From Isoptericola halotolerans (lineage in GTDB: Bacteria; Actinomycetota; Actinomycetes; Actinomycetales; Cellulomonadaceae): a stretch of DNA of 64,000 nt. The position numbers and the translations under genes were made by a program. This document shows positions 53,376 through 64,000 of this stretch, one piece after another. The stretch spans positions 1,426,001-1,490,000 of the forward strand of contig NZ_JABEZU010000001.1 of assembly GCF_013149785.1 (NCBI RefSeq), read 5' to 3'. Below the pieces are notes generated by a model. It made no database searches and was not told where the DNA came from. It saw only the letters and a program-made list of their open reading frames with translations. Numbering within the stretch: the first letter of the stretch is position 1; every line of letters starts with the position of its first letter.

Positions 53376-54140
53376 ATGACCCAGATCGACCAGAACCAGC
53401 GTGTCCAGCGGGACGTCCCGCCGAGGGAGTCCGGTACCCGACGGGTGCTGCTGAAGCTGTCCGGGGAGACTTTCGGTGGGGGCAAGGTCGGTCTGGAGAC
53501 CGGCGTCGTGCGCCGCGTCGCCCAGGAGATCGGTGATGCCGTCCGTCAGAGGGTCCAGGTCGCGATCGTCGTCGGCGGGGGCAACTTCTTCCGGGGGGCC
53601 GAGCTCTCCCGGGCCGGGCTGGACCGTGCGCGCGCCGACTACATGGGCATGCTGGGCACCGTCATGAACTGTCTGGCGCTGCAGGACTTCCTCGAGCAGG
53701 ACGGTGTCAAGACCCGGGTGCAGACGGCGATCACGATGGGTCAGGTCGCCGAGCCCTACATCCCCCTCCGTGCGATCCGTCACCTGGAGAAGGGGCGCGT
53801 GGTCATCTTCGGCGCCGGGGCGGGCATGCCGTACTTCTCGACCGACACCGTCTCGGTCCAGCGGGCGCTCGAGACGCACTGCGACGAGGTGCTCATGGGC
53901 AAGAACGGCGTGGACGGCGTCTACACCGCTGATCCTCGCACCGACGCCGGTGCGGAGAAGCTCGACCACGTCACGTACACGGACGCGCTGGTGCGCGGCC
54001 TGAACGTCATGGATGCCACCGCCCTGTCGCTGTGCCGGGACAACGGCGTGCGCATGCGCGTCTTCGGGCTCGAGGAGAACGGTAACGTGACCCGTGCACT
54101 GCTCGGCGACCAGATCGGGACCTTGGTCACGACCCGCTGA
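53376..54140 (+). CDS. pyrH: Uridylate kinase
   Basis: [35 protein letters not shown]. Confidence 0.97.
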   Translation: MTQIDQNQRVQRDVPPRESGTRRVLLKLSGETFGGGKVGLETGVVRRVAQEIGDAVRQRVQVAIVVGGGNFFRGAELSRAGLDRARADYMGMLGTVMNCLALQDFLEQDGVKTRVQTAITMGQVAEPYIPLRAIRHLEKGRVVIFGAGAGMPYFSTDTVSVQRALETHCDEVLMGKNGVDGVYTADPRTDAGAEKLDHVTYTDALVRGLNVMDATALSLCRDNGVRMRVFGLEENGNVTRALLGDQIGTLVTTR

Positions 54141-54182
54141 GACGTCCTGACGAAGCCAGACCACATCGACAAGGAGCACCGG

Positions 54183-54740
54183 GTGATCGACGACACCCTC
54201 CTCGAGGCCGAGGAGAAGATGGACACGGCGATCGAGTTCGCCAAGGAGCAGTTCGCCGGCATCCGCACGGGCCGCGCGAACTCCGGGATGTTCTCCTCGA
54301 TCGAGGTGGACTACTACGGGGCACCCACGCCGCTGCAGCAGCTCGCCTCTTTCAACATCCCGGACGCGCGGACCGTGCTCATCACCCCGTTCGACAAGGG
54401 GTCGATGGCTGCGATCGAGAAGGCGCTGCGCGAGTCGGACCTCGGCGTCAACCCGTCCAACGACGGCAACGCGATCCGGATCGTCATGCCCACGCTGACC
54501 GAGGAGCGGCGGCGCGACTACGTCAAGCTCGCCAAGACCAAGGCCGAGGACGCCCGCATCTCCGTGCGGGGCGTGCGACGCAAGGCCAAGGAGCAGATCG
54601 ACCGGCTCGTCAAGGACGGCGACGTCGGCGAGGACGAGGGCTCGCGCGCGGAGAAGGAGCTCGAGTCGCTCACCAAGAAGCACGTCGACCTCGTGGACCA
54701 GCTCCTCGCCGGCAAGGAGAGCGAGCTGCTCGAGGTCTGA
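54183..54740 (+). CDS. frr: Ribosome recycling factor
   Basis: [21 protein letters not shown]. Confidence 0.98.
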   Translation: MIDDTLLEAEEKMDTAIEFAKEQFAGIRTGRANSGMFSSIEVDYYGAPTPLQQLASFNIPDARTVLITPFDKGSMAAIEKALRESDLGVNPSNDGNAIRIVMPTLTEERRRDYVKLAKTKAEDARISVRGVRRKAKEQIDRLVKDGDVGEDEGSRAEKELESLTKKHVDLVDQLLAGKESELLEV

Positions 54741-55573
54741 TGTCACCTGTCGACGCGCAGCGCGGTCCGTCCCGCGCCGGGCGCAACCTTCCGGCGGCCA
54801 TCGCGGTCGGCGTCGGTCTCCTGGTGGCGGTCGGGGCGTCGTTGTGGTTCCGGCCGGAGCCGTTCGTGGCCTTCGTCGTCGTGGCCCAGAGCGCGGCCCT
54901 GTGGGAGCTGCGGACCGCGTTCGCGCGGCGCGACGTCGCCATCCCGTTGACCCCGCTGCTCGTCGGCGGGGCAGGCATGGCGGTGTCCGCCTACGCCGCA
55001 GGTCCCGAAGCGCTCCTGGTGGCCTTCGTGCTGACGGTGGGGGCGGTCGTCGTCTGGCGGGTCCTCGACGGGTCGGGGCCGCGGGCGCTGCGCGACGCTG
55101 CGGCGGGCGTCTTCGCGGCGACGTACCTCCCGTTCCTGGCCGGGTTCGTGCTGCTGATCCTCACCGGCCCCGACGGCGAGCTGCGGGTCGTGCTCTTCGT
55201 GCTGCTCGCGGTGGCGAACGACGTCGGCGGCTACGTCGCCGGGGTGCTGTTCGGACGGCACCCGATGGCCCCGTCGGTCAGTCCCAAGAAGAGCTGGGAG
55301 GGCCTGGGCGGCTCGATCGCCCTGGCGGTCGTGGTGGGGGTGCTGGGTGCCCTGGTCGTCCTCGACGCGCCCTGGTGGGTCGGGGTCGGGCTCGGCGTGC
55401 TGACGGCGGTCACCGCGACCGCCGGGGATCTCGCCGAGTCCCTCATCAAGCGGGACCTAGACTTGAAGGACATGGGTTCGCTGCTCCCGGGCCACGGGGG
55501 CGTGCTGGACCGACTCGACTCGCTCGTGGTCACTGCACCGTTCGTGTACCTCGTCCTGCAGACGACCGTCTGA
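54740..55573 (+). CDS. cdsA: Phosphatidate cytidylyltransferase
   Basis: [18 protein letters not shown]...KD.G.LLPGHGG.LDRLDS. Confidence 0.96.
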   Translation: MSPVDAQRGPSRAGRNLPAAIAVGVGLLVAVGASLWFRPEPFVAFVVVAQSAALWELRTAFARRDVAIPLTPLLVGGAGMAVSAYAAGPEALLVAFVLTVGAVVVWRVLDGSGPRALRDAAAGVFAATYLPFLAGFVLLILTGPDGELRVVLFVLLAVANDVGGYVAGVLFGRHPMAPSVSPKKSWEGLGGSIALAVVVGVLGALVVLDAPWWVGVGLGVLTAVTATAGDLAESLIKRDLDLKDMGSLLPGHGGVLDRLDSLVVTAPFVYLVLQTTV

Positions 55574-55590
55574 GCCCCGAAGGAACCGTC

Positions 55591-56772
55591 ATGGCAACCC
55601 CCTCCGCTCGCACCGCGACCGAGCTCGGCGTCCCCGCCGTCCGGCCGTCCGACGAGACCCGGCCCATCCCGCTGCAGATGGCGCCCAAGCGCCGCGGCAA
55701 GCCGCCGAAGCACTTCGCCGACCTGACCCCCGAGGAGCGGGTCGCGTCCGTCGTGGAGCTGGGGGAGAAGCCCTTCCGCGCCAAGCAGCTCGCGGCGCAC
55801 TACTTCACGCACTTCACCTCGGACCCTGCCGAGATGACCGACCTGCCGAAGGCGACCCGCGAGAGCCTCGCCACGACGATGTTCCCGCCGCTGATCCGCC
55901 CCACCAAGCGGATGGAGGCCGACGGCGGCACCACGGTCAAGACGCTCTGGCACCTGTTCGACGACGCCAAGGTCGAGTCCGTGCTGATGCGCTACCCGAA
56001 CCGGACCACGCTGTGCGTCTCCTCGCAGGCCGGGTGCGGCATGGCGTGCCCGTTCTGCGCCACCGGGCAGCTCGGCCTGACCCGGAACCTGTCGACCGCG
56101 GAGATCCTCGAGCAGGTCCGGGCGGCGTTCCGCTCCCTGGACCGCGGGGAGATCCCCGGCGGCCCGGCACGCCTGAACAACCTGGTGTTCATGGGCATGG
56201 GCGAGCCGTTGGCCAACTACAAGGCGGTCATCGAGACCGTCCGGGCGCTCGTCGCCCCGTCGCCGCAGGGCTTGGGCATGTCGGCCCGCAACATCACCGT
56301 CTCGACGGTGGGCCTGGTCCCGGCGATGCGCCGCCTGACGGACGAGGGCATCCCGGTCACGCTGGCCCTGAGCCTGCACGCCCCGGACGACGACCTGCGC
56401 TCGGAGCTGGTGCCGATCAACACCCGGTGGAGCGTCGACGAGACCCTGGACACGGCTCGCCGGTACTTCGAGGTGACGGGCCGCCGGGTGTCGATCGAGT
56501 ACGCCCTCATCAAGGACATGAACGACCACGCCTGGCGCGCGGACCTGCTGGGCGAGAAGCTCAACGCGCGCGGCAGGGGTTGGGTGCACGTGAACCCCAT
56601 CCCGCTGAACCCGACCCCGGGATCCATCTGGACCGCCAGCGAGCGTTCCGTCGAGGACGAGTTCGTGGCACGATTGCGCGGGCACGGCATCCCCACCACG
56701 ATCCGTGACACCCGCGGGAGCGACATCGACGGCGCCTGCGGACAGCTGGCCGCCGAGGAGGACGACGAGTGA
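55591..56772 (+). CDS. rlmN: 23S rRNA (A2503-C2)/tRNA methyltransferase RlmN
   Basis: CVSSQAGC...C.FC radical-SAM motif, [15 protein letters not shown]. Confidence 0.96.
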   Translation: MATPSARTATELGVPAVRPSDETRPIPLQMAPKRRGKPPKHFADLTPEERVASVVELGEKPFRAKQLAAHYFTHFTSDPAEMTDLPKATRESLATTMFPPLIRPTKRMEADGGTTVKTLWHLFDDAKVESVLMRYPNRTTLCVSSQAGCGMACPFCATGQLGLTRNLSTAEILEQVRAAFRSLDRGEIPGGPARLNNLVFMGMGEPLANYKAVIETVRALVAPSPQGLGMSARNITVSTVGLVPAMRRLTDEGIPVTLALSLHAPDDDLRSELVPINTRWSVDETLDTARRYFEVTGRRVSIEYALIKDMNDHAWRADLLGEKLNARGRGWVHVNPIPLNPTPGSIWTASERSVEDEFVARLRGHGIPTTIRDTRGSDIDGACGQLAAEEDDE

Positions 56773-57323
56773 GCAGCACGCTCTTTTCGACCGTGTCGAA
56801 GATGCGTTCCGGATACGACCCGGACGAGGTCGACGAGTTCTTCGACCACGCCCGTCAGGCGTACGAGGGGCGCACCCCTGAGCCGATGACGAACGCCGAC
56901 ATCGCCACGTCGACGTTCGAGCTCGTGCGGGGCGGTTACAACACCCACGAGGTCGACGCCGCGCTCGACCGGCTGGAGGGCGCCTTCATCGCTCGCCAGC
57001 GGGCCGACTTCGTCAACCAGCACGGCCAGGAGGCGTGGATGGGGGCGCTCGCCGAGCGGGCGCGCACGCTGTACGGCCGCCTCGGCCGGCCCGACGGCGC
57101 CAAGTTCGCCCCGGCGGAACGCGGTCAGCAGGGCTACGACATGGACGACGTGGATGCCCTCTGCGACCGGCTGGTGGGCTACTTCGACCGCCAGGAGCCG
57201 CTGACGGCAGCCGATGTGCGCTCGGCCACCTTCGGCCGTGCCAAGGGTGCCGACGCGTACGGTGAGGCTGCGGTCGACAGGTTCCTGGCACGCGCCATCG
57301 AGGTGTTGCTCGGCGTCGAGTAG
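56769..57323 (+). CDS. DivIVA-domain repeat protein
   Basis: Repeated 'GY...EVD.F/AL' motifs. Confidence 0.85.
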   Translation: MSSTLFSTVSKMRSGYDPDEVDEFFDHARQAYEGRTPEPMTNADIATSTFELVRGGYNTHEVDAALDRLEGAFIARQRADFVNQHGQEAWMGALAERARTLYGRLGRPDGAKFAPAERGQQGYDMDDVDALCDRLVGYFDRQEPLTAADVRSATFGRAKGADAYGEAAVDRFLARAIEVLLGVE

Positions 57324-57359
57324 CCCGGCCACGGCGAGCGGTGCGGGATGATGTCGCTC

Positions 57360-58544
57360 ATGCGTTCTGTCACCCTGCTCGGGTCCACCGGTTCCATCGG
57401 CACGCAAGCCATCGACGTCGTCCGGGCCCATCCCGGCCGGTTCCGGGTCGAGGCCATCAGTGCCGGTGGCTCCGACGTGGCCCTGCTGGCCGACCAGGCC
57501 GCACTCCTCGACGTGCGCGCCGTCGCTGTCGCGGACACGGCGCGTGCGGGAGACCTGCGCGAGGCCCTCAGAGGCCGCCTCGGTGACCGGGCGCGTGACG
57601 TCGAGGTCCTGGCCGGACCGGACGCGGCCGCGCAGGTCGCCGGACGGGGCGCCGACGTGGTGCTCAACGGCATCACGGGCTCGGTCGGGCTGCGGCCCAC
57701 GCTCGCGGCCCTGGAGGCGGGCTCGACGCTGGCGCTGGCGAACAAGGAGTCGCTGGTGGTGGGCGGGCCGCTGGTCAAGGCGGCGGCCGACCCGGGCCAG
57801 ATCGTCCCGGTCGACTCCGAGCACTCGGCGATCGCCCAGGCCTTGCGCGGTGGCGCCCACACGGCCGACCGCAGCGAGGTCCGTCGGCTGGTGCTGACGG
57901 CCTCGGGCGGGCCGTTCCGCGGGCGCACACGCGACGAGATCGAGGGTGTCACCGCCGAGCAGGCCCTCGCGCACCCCACCTGGGCCATGGGCCCCGTGGT
58001 CACCGTGAACTCGGCGAGCCTGATGAACAAGGGCCTCGAGCTCATCGAGGCCCACCTGCTGTTCGACGTCCCCACCGACGACATCACCGTCGTCGTGCAC
58101 CCGCAGTCCGTGGTGCACTCCATGGTCGAGTTCTGCGACGGCTCCACGATCGCCCAGGCCTCGCCGCCCGACATGCGCCTGCCCATCGCCCTGGGGCTGT
58201 CCTGGCCGCAGCGGTTGGACGTCGTGAGCCCGCCGTGCGACTGGACGCAGGCGGCGAGCTGGACCTTCGAGCCGCTGGACGACGCGACGTTCCCGGCCGT
58301 GGGCCTCGCCCGAGCCGCCGCCGCGGCGTCGGGCACCCACCCTGCGGTGTACAACGCCGCGAACGAGCAGGGCGTCGCCGCGTTCCTGGACGGTCGGGTC
58401 GGCTTCACGGACATCGTGGACACGGTCGCGGACGTCCTGGGCGAGCACGACGGCGTCCCCCCGGCCGCCGTCACGCTCGAGACGGTCGAGGCGGCGGAGG
58501 ACTGGGCGCGGCGCCGGGCCGACGAGCTGCTCGCCCGTCGCTGA
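57360..58544 (+). CDS. dxr: 1-deoxy-D-xylulose-5-phosphate reductoisomerase
   Basis: [37 protein letters not shown]. Confidence 0.97.
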   Translation: MRSVTLLGSTGSIGTQAIDVVRAHPGRFRVEAISAGGSDVALLADQAALLDVRAVAVADTARAGDLREALRGRLGDRARDVEVLAGPDAAAQVAGRGADVVLNGITGSVGLRPTLAALEAGSTLALANKESLVVGGPLVKAAADPGQIVPVDSEHSAIAQALRGGAHTADRSEVRRLVLTASGGPFRGRTRDEIEGVTAEQALAHPTWAMGPVVTVNSASLMNKGLELIEAHLLFDVPTDDITVVVHPQSVVHSMVEFCDGSTIAQASPPDMRLPIALGLSWPQRLDVVSPPCDWTQAASWTFEPLDDATFPAVGLARAAAAASGTHPAVYNAANEQGVAAFLDGRVGFTDIVDTVADVLGEHDGVPPAAVTLETVEAAEDWARRRADELLARR

Positions 58545-58577
58545 CCGGTTCCCAGATTCGTCGCCTACCCTGCTGGC

Positions 58578-59843
58578 GTGGACATCCTTCCCGTCGTCGT
58601 CGGCATCGTCGTCATCGTTCTCGGCATCCTGGTGTCGATCGCCCTGCACGAGGTCGGTCACATGGTGCCGGCCAAGAGGTTCGGCGTGCGCGTGAGCGAG
58701 TACATGGTCGGCTTCGGACCGACGTTGTGGTCGCGGAAGCGGGGAGAGACCGAGTACGGGCTCAAGGCCATCCCGCTGGGCGGCTACGTCCGTCTGGTCG
58801 GCATGATGCCGCCGGCCCGCCCGGGGACCCGGGCCCGGGGCGGCATGTTCGGCCAGGTGATCGCCGACGCCCGGGAGGCCAGCGTCAGCGAGATCCGCCC
58901 GGGGGAGGAGCACCGCGCCTTCTACCACCTCTCGACCCCCAAGAAGCTCGTGGTGATGCTCGGCGGGCCGGTGATGAACCTCGTCATCGCGGTCGTGCTG
59001 CTGGCCGTGGTGTTCCTCGGCATCGGCATGCCGGCGGCGACGACGACGGTCGCGGACGTCGGCGAGGACTCGGCGGCGGCCGTCGCCGGGGTGCAGCCCG
59101 GCGACGAGGTCCTGGCGTTCGACGGCGCCCCGGTCGCGGAGTGGTCGCAGCTGGTCGGCATGGTCAACGACCGCGCCGACGAGGAGGTGCCGCTGACGGT
59201 GCTGCGCGACGGCGAGGAGATCACCCTGACAGTCATGCCGACCCCGGCGGAGCGACCGCTCACCGACGACGAGGGCTACGCCGTGACCGGGGACGACGGC
59301 GAGCCGGTGATGGTCGACGGCGCCCTGCTGGGCGTGTCGTCCAGCGTGGAGCGTCAGCCGCTGCCCGCCTCCAGCGTGCCCGAGGCGGTGTGGATGCAGA
59401 CCGCCGGCACCGCGCACGCGATCGCCACCCTGCCGGTACGGATCTACGACGCGGCCTACCAGGCGTTCTCCGCCGAGCCGCGCGCCCAGGACTCGGTGAT
59501 GTCCGTGGTCGGTGTCGGCCGGGTCGCCGTCGACTACGCGGGCGCCGAGGACTACACGGTCCTGGCCCGTGTCCAGCTCATGCTCATGCTGCTGGCGGCG
59601 CTCAACATCGCGCTGTTCATGTTCAACCTCATCCCTCTGCTGCCGCTCGACGGCGGCCACGTGGTCAACGCGCTGTACGAGGGCGGGCGCAGGACGCTGG
59701 CGCGGGTGCGCGGGCGGGCGCTGCCCGGACCGGCGGACGTCGCGAGGATGATGCCGGTGGCCTACGTCGTGTTCGTCGTGCTCATCGGTGTGGGGGCGGT
59801 GCTCATGGTCGCCGACATCGTGGATCCCGTCCGGCTGCTGTGA
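58578..59843 (+). CDS. rseP: M50 site-2 metalloprotease with PDZ domain (RseP/Rip1)
   Basis: HEVGH, IPLGGYV, NLIP..PLDGGH. Confidence 0.93.
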   Translation: MDILPVVVGIVVIVLGILVSIALHEVGHMVPAKRFGVRVSEYMVGFGPTLWSRKRGETEYGLKAIPLGGYVRLVGMMPPARPGTRARGGMFGQVIADAREASVSEIRPGEEHRAFYHLSTPKKLVVMLGGPVMNLVIAVVLLAVVFLGIGMPAATTTVADVGEDSAAAVAGVQPGDEVLAFDGAPVAEWSQLVGMVNDRADEEVPLTVLRDGEEITLTVMPTPAERPLTDDEGYAVTGDDGEPVMVDGALLGVSSSVERQPLPASSVPEAVWMQTAGTAHAIATLPVRIYDAAYQAFSAEPRAQDSVMSVVGVGRVAVDYAGAEDYTVLARVQLMLMLLAALNIALFMFNLIPLLPLDGGHVVNALYEGGRRTLARVRGRALPGPADVARMMPVAYVVFVVLIGVGAVLMVADIVDPVRLL

Positions 59844-59927
59844 AGGTCGTGTGAGCGGTCGCCCCCGGCGGGGTGAGGTGCGTCTCCGGCGTGCGCAGCA
59901 CCCCTCGGGGCGCGCGATACTGGTCAC

Positions 59928-61091
59928 GTGACTGCAGTGAACCTCGGAATCCCGGCCGCCCCCCCTCCCGTGCTGGCCCCGCGCAGGAAGACGCGCAAGA
60001 TCCGGGTCGGTGACGTGTATGTCGGTGGCGACGCGCCCGTGAGCGTCCAGTCGATGACCACGACGAAGACGACGGACATCAACGGCACGCTCCAGCAGAT
60101 CGCCGAGCTCACGGCGTCCGGGTGCGACATCGTGCGCGTCGCCTGCCCGACGCAGGACGACGCCGATGCGCTGCCGATCATCGCCAAGAAGTCCCAGATC
60201 CCGGTGATCGCGGACATCCACTTCCAGCCGAAGTACGTGTTCGCCGCGATCGAGGCGGGGTGTGCCGCGGTTCGCGTCAACCCCGGCAACATCAAGAGGT
60301 TCGACGACCAGGTCAAGGAGATCGCCCAGGCGGCCAAGGACCACGGCACGTCGCTGCGCATCGGGGTCAACGCCGGCTCGCTCGACAAGAGGCTGCTCGC
60401 CAAGTACGGCAAGCCCACGCCCGAGGCGTTGGTCGAGTCGGCGGTGTGGGAGGCGAGCCTCTTCGAGGAGCACGACTTCCACGACTTCAAGATCTCGGTC
60501 AAGCACAACGACCCCGTCGTCATGGTCCGGGCCTACGAGCTCCTCTCGCAGCGCGGCGACTGGCCCCTGCACCTGGGGGTGACGGAGGCGGGACCGGCGT
60601 TCCAGGGCACGATCAAGTCCGCCACGGCGTTCGGCGCGCTGCTGAGCCAGGGCATCGGGGACACGATCCGGGTCTCGCTCTCCGCCCCGCCGGTGGAGGA
60701 GGTCAAGGTCGGGCTGCAGATCCTGCAGTCGCTCAACCTGCGCGAGCGCAAGCTGGAGATCGTGTCGTGCCCCTCCTGCGGCCGTGCCCAGGTCGACGTC
60801 TACACGCTGGCCGAGAAGGTCACCGCGGGTCTCGAGGGCATGGAGGTCCCGCTGCGCGTCGCCGTCATGGGCTGTGTCGTCAACGGCCCGGGCGAGGCGC
60901 GCGAGGCGGACCTCGGTGTCGCCTCCGGCAACGGCAAGGGACAGATCTTCGTCAAGGGCGAGGTCATCAAGACCGTCCCGGAGGCCATGATCGTCGAGAC
61001 GCTCATCGAGGAGGCCATGCGCATCGCCGAGTCGATGCCGGCCCCGGAGAACGACGCGCAGGCCGGCGCACCGGTCGTGTCGGTGTCCTGA
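59928..61091 (+). CDS. ispG: HMBPP synthase
   Basis: [35 protein letters not shown]. Confidence 0.98.
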   Translation: MTAVNLGIPAAPPPVLAPRRKTRKIRVGDVYVGGDAPVSVQSMTTTKTTDINGTLQQIAELTASGCDIVRVACPTQDDADALPIIAKKSQIPVIADIHFQPKYVFAAIEAGCAAVRVNPGNIKRFDDQVKEIAQAAKDHGTSLRIGVNAGSLDKRLLAKYGKPTPEALVESAVWEASLFEEHDFHDFKISVKHNDPVVMVRAYELLSQRGDWPLHLGVTEAGPAFQGTIKSATAFGALLSQGIGDTIRVSLSAPPVEEVKVGLQILQSLNLRERKLEIVSCPSCGRAQVDVYTLAEKVTAGLEGMEVPLRVAVMGCVVNGPGEAREADLGVASGNGKGQIFVKGEVIKTVPEAMIVETLIEEAMRIAESMPAPENDAQAGAPVVSVS

Positions 61092-61124
61092 GGCGCGCCG
61101 AGGACTTCACGAGGAGGCGGGGCG

Positions 61125-62054
61125 ATGGGCTGGCGACCGGCGCTGCGGGACGTAGGACCGTCGTCCTCCGCCGCGCGCCGCGTGCCCGCCGCCCGCGTCC
61201 TGGGGCCGGCGGACCTGGCCGACGCGAGGCAGGTGTGCGCAGCCGACCCGGTCGCCTCGGTGCTGGCCGCAGCCCGGGTCGACGTCGCGATCCGTGCGGG
61301 CCTCGCCGCGGCGGGTGGCGAGCTGTGGGGCTACCCCGCGTCCGGGCCGCCGGTCGCCGTGTGCTGGGCGGGGGCGAACCTGGTCCCGGTCGTGCCGGCG
61401 GGCCTCGGGCGCGAGGGTGTCACGGAGGCGGTGGACGCGTTCGCCGCGACGGCCAGGGCGCAAGGACGACGCTCCAGCTCGATCGTGGGCGAGCGCGACG
61501 TCGTCCGGCGGTTGTGGGAGCTGTTGTCGCGCACGTGGCCCCCACCGCGGGAGGTGCGGGCCGACCAGCCGTCGCTGGTGATCGACCACGACCCCGACGT
61601 CGAGCCGGACCCGTGGGTGCGCAGGTCACGGACCGCCGAGATCGACCTGGTGCTGCCGGCCTGCGTGCGGATGTTCACCGAGGAGGTCGGCTACTCGCCG
61701 GTCGCCGGTGGAGGAGGCGCCTACGCCGCCCGGGTGCGGTCGTTGATCGCCGAGGGACGCTCGTACGTCCGGGTCGCGCCGGACCCCGACGACGGCGGCG
61801 CCTCGGTGGCCTTCAAGGCCGAGCTCGGCGCGGTCGCGGGAGGCGTCGCCCAGGTGCAAGGTGTCTGGGTCGACCCCCGCCGCCGGGGCGAGGGGCTGTC
61901 GGTGTCGGGGATGGCCGCCGTCGTCGCACTGACACGGCGCGACGTCGCCCCGACGGTGTCGTTGTACGTCAACGGGTACAACGCCCCGGCCCTGGCCGCG
62001 TACCGGCACGTCGGGTTCGAGCGGGTCGGCACCTTCTCCACGGTGCTGTTCTGA
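61125..62054 (+). CDS. GNAT acetyltransferase (DUF4081 N-terminus)
   Basis: GVWVDP.RRGEG, SLYVN..N.PA..AY..VGF; usual position between ispG and proS. Confidence 0.85.
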   Translation: MGWRPALRDVGPSSSAARRVPAARVLGPADLADARQVCAADPVASVLAAARVDVAIRAGLAAAGGELWGYPASGPPVAVCWAGANLVPVVPAGLGREGVTEAVDAFAATARAQGRRSSSIVGERDVVRRLWELLSRTWPPPREVRADQPSLVIDHDPDVEPDPWVRRSRTAEIDLVLPACVRMFTEEVGYSPVAGGGGAYAARVRSLIAEGRSYVRVAPDPDDGGASVAFKAELGAVAGGVAQVQGVWVDPRRRGEGLSVSGMAAVVALTRRDVAPTVSLYVNGYNAPALAAYRHVGFERVGTFSTVLF

Positions 62055-62079
62055 GCGCCGCGGTCCTGCTCACGCCTGG

Positions 62080-62985
62080 TCAGCGCAGGAACTTCGACGT
62101 GCGTCGGTCGGCCAGCGCCTGCCCGCCGGTCTGGCACGTCGCGCAGTACTGCAGGGAGCTGTCAGCGAAGCTCACCTCGCGCACGGTGTCCCCGCACACG
62201 GGGCAGGTCTCGCCGGTGCGGCCGTGCACACGCATCGCGGTGCGCTTGGCGTCCTTGAGCTGCTCGGCGGGCCGGCCCACCGACGCGGCGACGGCAGCGC
62301 GCAGGGTCTCGACGACCGTGACGTGCAGGGCGGCGACGTCGTCGTCGGTGAGCGACCGGGTGAGCCGGAAGGGCGACATGCCGGCCGCGTGCAGGATCTC
62401 GTCCGAGTAGGCGTTGCCGATCCCTGCGATCGCGTGCTGGTCGCGCAGCAGCCCCTTGACCTGCTGGTTGCGGGCGTTCAGCAGGTCCTCGAGCGCCTCC
62501 GGGGTGAACTGCGCGGACAGCGGCTCGATCCCGAGGGTGCGCACCTGCTCGACCTCCTGCGGGTCGCGGACGACGTGCACCGCGAGGCGCTTGCGGGTGC
62601 CTGCCTCGGTGAGGTCGATGCCCGACCCGTCGTCGAGGCGCAGGCGGAGCGCCAGCGCCGCGCCTCTCGACGAGCCTCCGAGGCGGGGACGCACGGGTGT
62701 GGTCGGGGCGGTCTCGTGCCAGCGCACCCAACCGCCGCGTGCCAGGTGGAAGACGAGGTGCAGGGCGCCGGGCTCCGACGCCCGCGGGTCCGGCGCGACG
62801 GCGAGGTCCAGCCACTTGCCGTGCCGGACGGCGCCGTCGACCGTCCCACCGACGAGAGCGGTGACCGGCGGGTGGTGGGTCTTGAGCGCCGCGATCGCCG
62901 CGACGTCGGCGGACACGACGGTTCGTCCGGTCGTCCGTTCGTCGAGGAACCGGGCGAGCGCCTCGACCTCGGGCAGCTCGGGCAT
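62080..62985 (-). CDS. Fpg/Nei-family DNA glycosylase
   Basis: N-terminal PELPEV, H2TH 'GIGNAYSDEIL', zinc finger CPVC...CATCQ. Confidence 0.94.
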   Translation of the reverse strand: MPELPEVEALARFLDERTTGRTVVSADVAAIAALKTHHPPVTALVGGTVDGAVRHGKWLDLAVAPDPRASEPGALHLVFHLARGGWVRWHETAPTTPVRPRLGGSSRGAALALRLRLDDGSGIDLTEAGTRKRLAVHVVRDPQEVEQVRTLGIEPLSAQFTPEALEDLLNARNQQVKGLLRDQHAIAGIGNAYSDEILHAAGMSPFRLTRSLTDDDVAALHVTVVETLRAAVAASVGRPAEQLKDAKRTAMRVHGRTGETCPVCGDTVREVSFADSSLQYCATCQTGGQALADRRTSKFLR

Positions 62986-63033
62986 GCACCCAGTGTCGCC
63001 GAAGCACCCGGTGCGCGCCGCTAGGCTGGGCGC

Positions 63034-64000
63034 ATGTCGATCGCGTCCCCCCGCAGCGCCGCCCGTCGTGGTGACCTGCTGAGGCTCTCCTCCTTGTTCG
63101 TCCGTACACTGCGCGAGGACCCGGTTGACGCCGAGGTCGCCAGCCACCGGCTGCTCGTGCGGGCCGGCTACATCCGCCGTGCGGCTCCGGGGGTCTACTC
63201 CTGGCTGCCCCTGGGGCTGCGGGTCCTGGCGAAGGTCGAGGCCGTCGTCCGCGAGGAGATGAACGCCATCGGCGCCCAGGAGGTCCACTTCCCGGCGCTG
63301 CTGCCGCGCGAGCCCTACGAGGCGACCGGACGCTGGAGCGAGTACGGCCCGAACCTCTTCCGGCTCCAGGACCGCAAGCAGGCGGACTACCTGCTCGCCC
63401 CGACGCACGAGGAGATGTTCACGCTCCTGGTCAAGGACCTGTACTCCTCGTACAAGGACCTCCCGCTGGCCCTGTACCAGGTCCAGACGAAGTACCGCGA
63501 CGAGGCGCGCCCGCGCGCCGGCCTGATCCGCGGCCGTGAGTTCATCATGAAGGACGCCTACTCCTTCGACATCGACGACGAGGGCCTGGCGCAGGCGTAC
63601 GAGCGCCAGCGCGGCGCCTACCAGCGGATCTTCGAGCGGCTCGGCCTGGACTTCGTCATCGTCTCGGCGACCTCGGGGGCCATGGGCGGGTCGCGCTCGG
63701 AGGAGTTCCTGTCGCCGTCGCCGATCGGTGAGGACACGTTCGTGCGGTCCGCCGGCGGCTACGCGGCGAACGTCGAGGCCGTGGTCACGACGGTGCCGGA
63801 CCCCGTGCCCTCCGACGACGCCCCGGCGGCGCACGTCGAGGACACACCGGACACGCCGACCATCGCCACGCTGGTGGACGTCGCCAACTCCGCGCACGCG
63901 CGGCCGGACCGGGCCTGGACGGCCGCCGACACGCTCAAGAACGTCGTGCTCGCCGTGAGGCAGCCCGACGGGTCGCGCGAGCTGTTGGTCGTCGGCCTGC
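63034..64000 (+). CDS. proS: Proline--tRNA ligase (3' partial)
   Basis: [57 protein letters not shown]; missing from the ORF track because it runs off the window. Confidence 0.97.
   Translation, partial: MSIASPRSAARRGDLLRLSSLFVRTLREDPVDAEVASHRLLVRAGYIRRAAPGVYSWLPLGLRVLAKVEAVVREEMNAIGAQEVHFPALLPREPYEATGRWSEYGPNLFRLQDRKQADYLLAPTHEEMFTLLVKDLYSSYKDLPLALYQVQTKYRDEARPRAGLIRGREFIMKDAYSFDIDDEGLAQAYERQRGAYQRIFERLGLDFVIVSATSGAMGGSRSEEFLSPSPIGEDTFVRSAGGYAANVEAVVTTVPDPVPSDDAPAAHVEDTPDTPTIATLVDVANSAHARPDRAWTAADTLKNVVLAVRQPDGSRELLVVGL

Overview
High-GC actinobacterial (Micrococcales-like) chromosomal segment. Most of it is conserved housekeeping backbone: T-box/ileS-folC, ndk, smc-ftsY-amtB-glnK-glnD-ffh, rpsP-khpA-rimM-trmD-rplS-lepB-rnhB, yraN-comM-dprA-xerC, rpsB-tsf-pyrH-frr-cdsA-rlmN, dxr-rseP-ispG and the start of proS. 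Small accessory blocks are a NitT/TauT ABC transporter with an aminotransferase, an ArsR-rhodanese/MFS pair, dhaKLM, TetR/MFS and an IS5 remnant. The main feature is a 9,488-bp phage-satellite-like element (37300-46793) integrated inside comM (YifB family) by a large serine recombinase. Its att sites can be read directly: a shared GACCTG core, with attP = GTGCTTGAC-CT-GTCAAGCAC, and excision would restore an in-frame 512-codon comM. It carries a phiRv1-like directionality factor, an AAA_25 helicase followed by an iteron/palindrome origin candidate, and one HK97-fold capsid gene with no portal, terminase, protease or tail genes. It also has a structured cos-like region, a LexA-box-controlled small gene, and an NYN (PIN-fold) nuclease facing a candidate two-hairpin small RNA. 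All assignments come from motif recognition by eye; no database searches were run.
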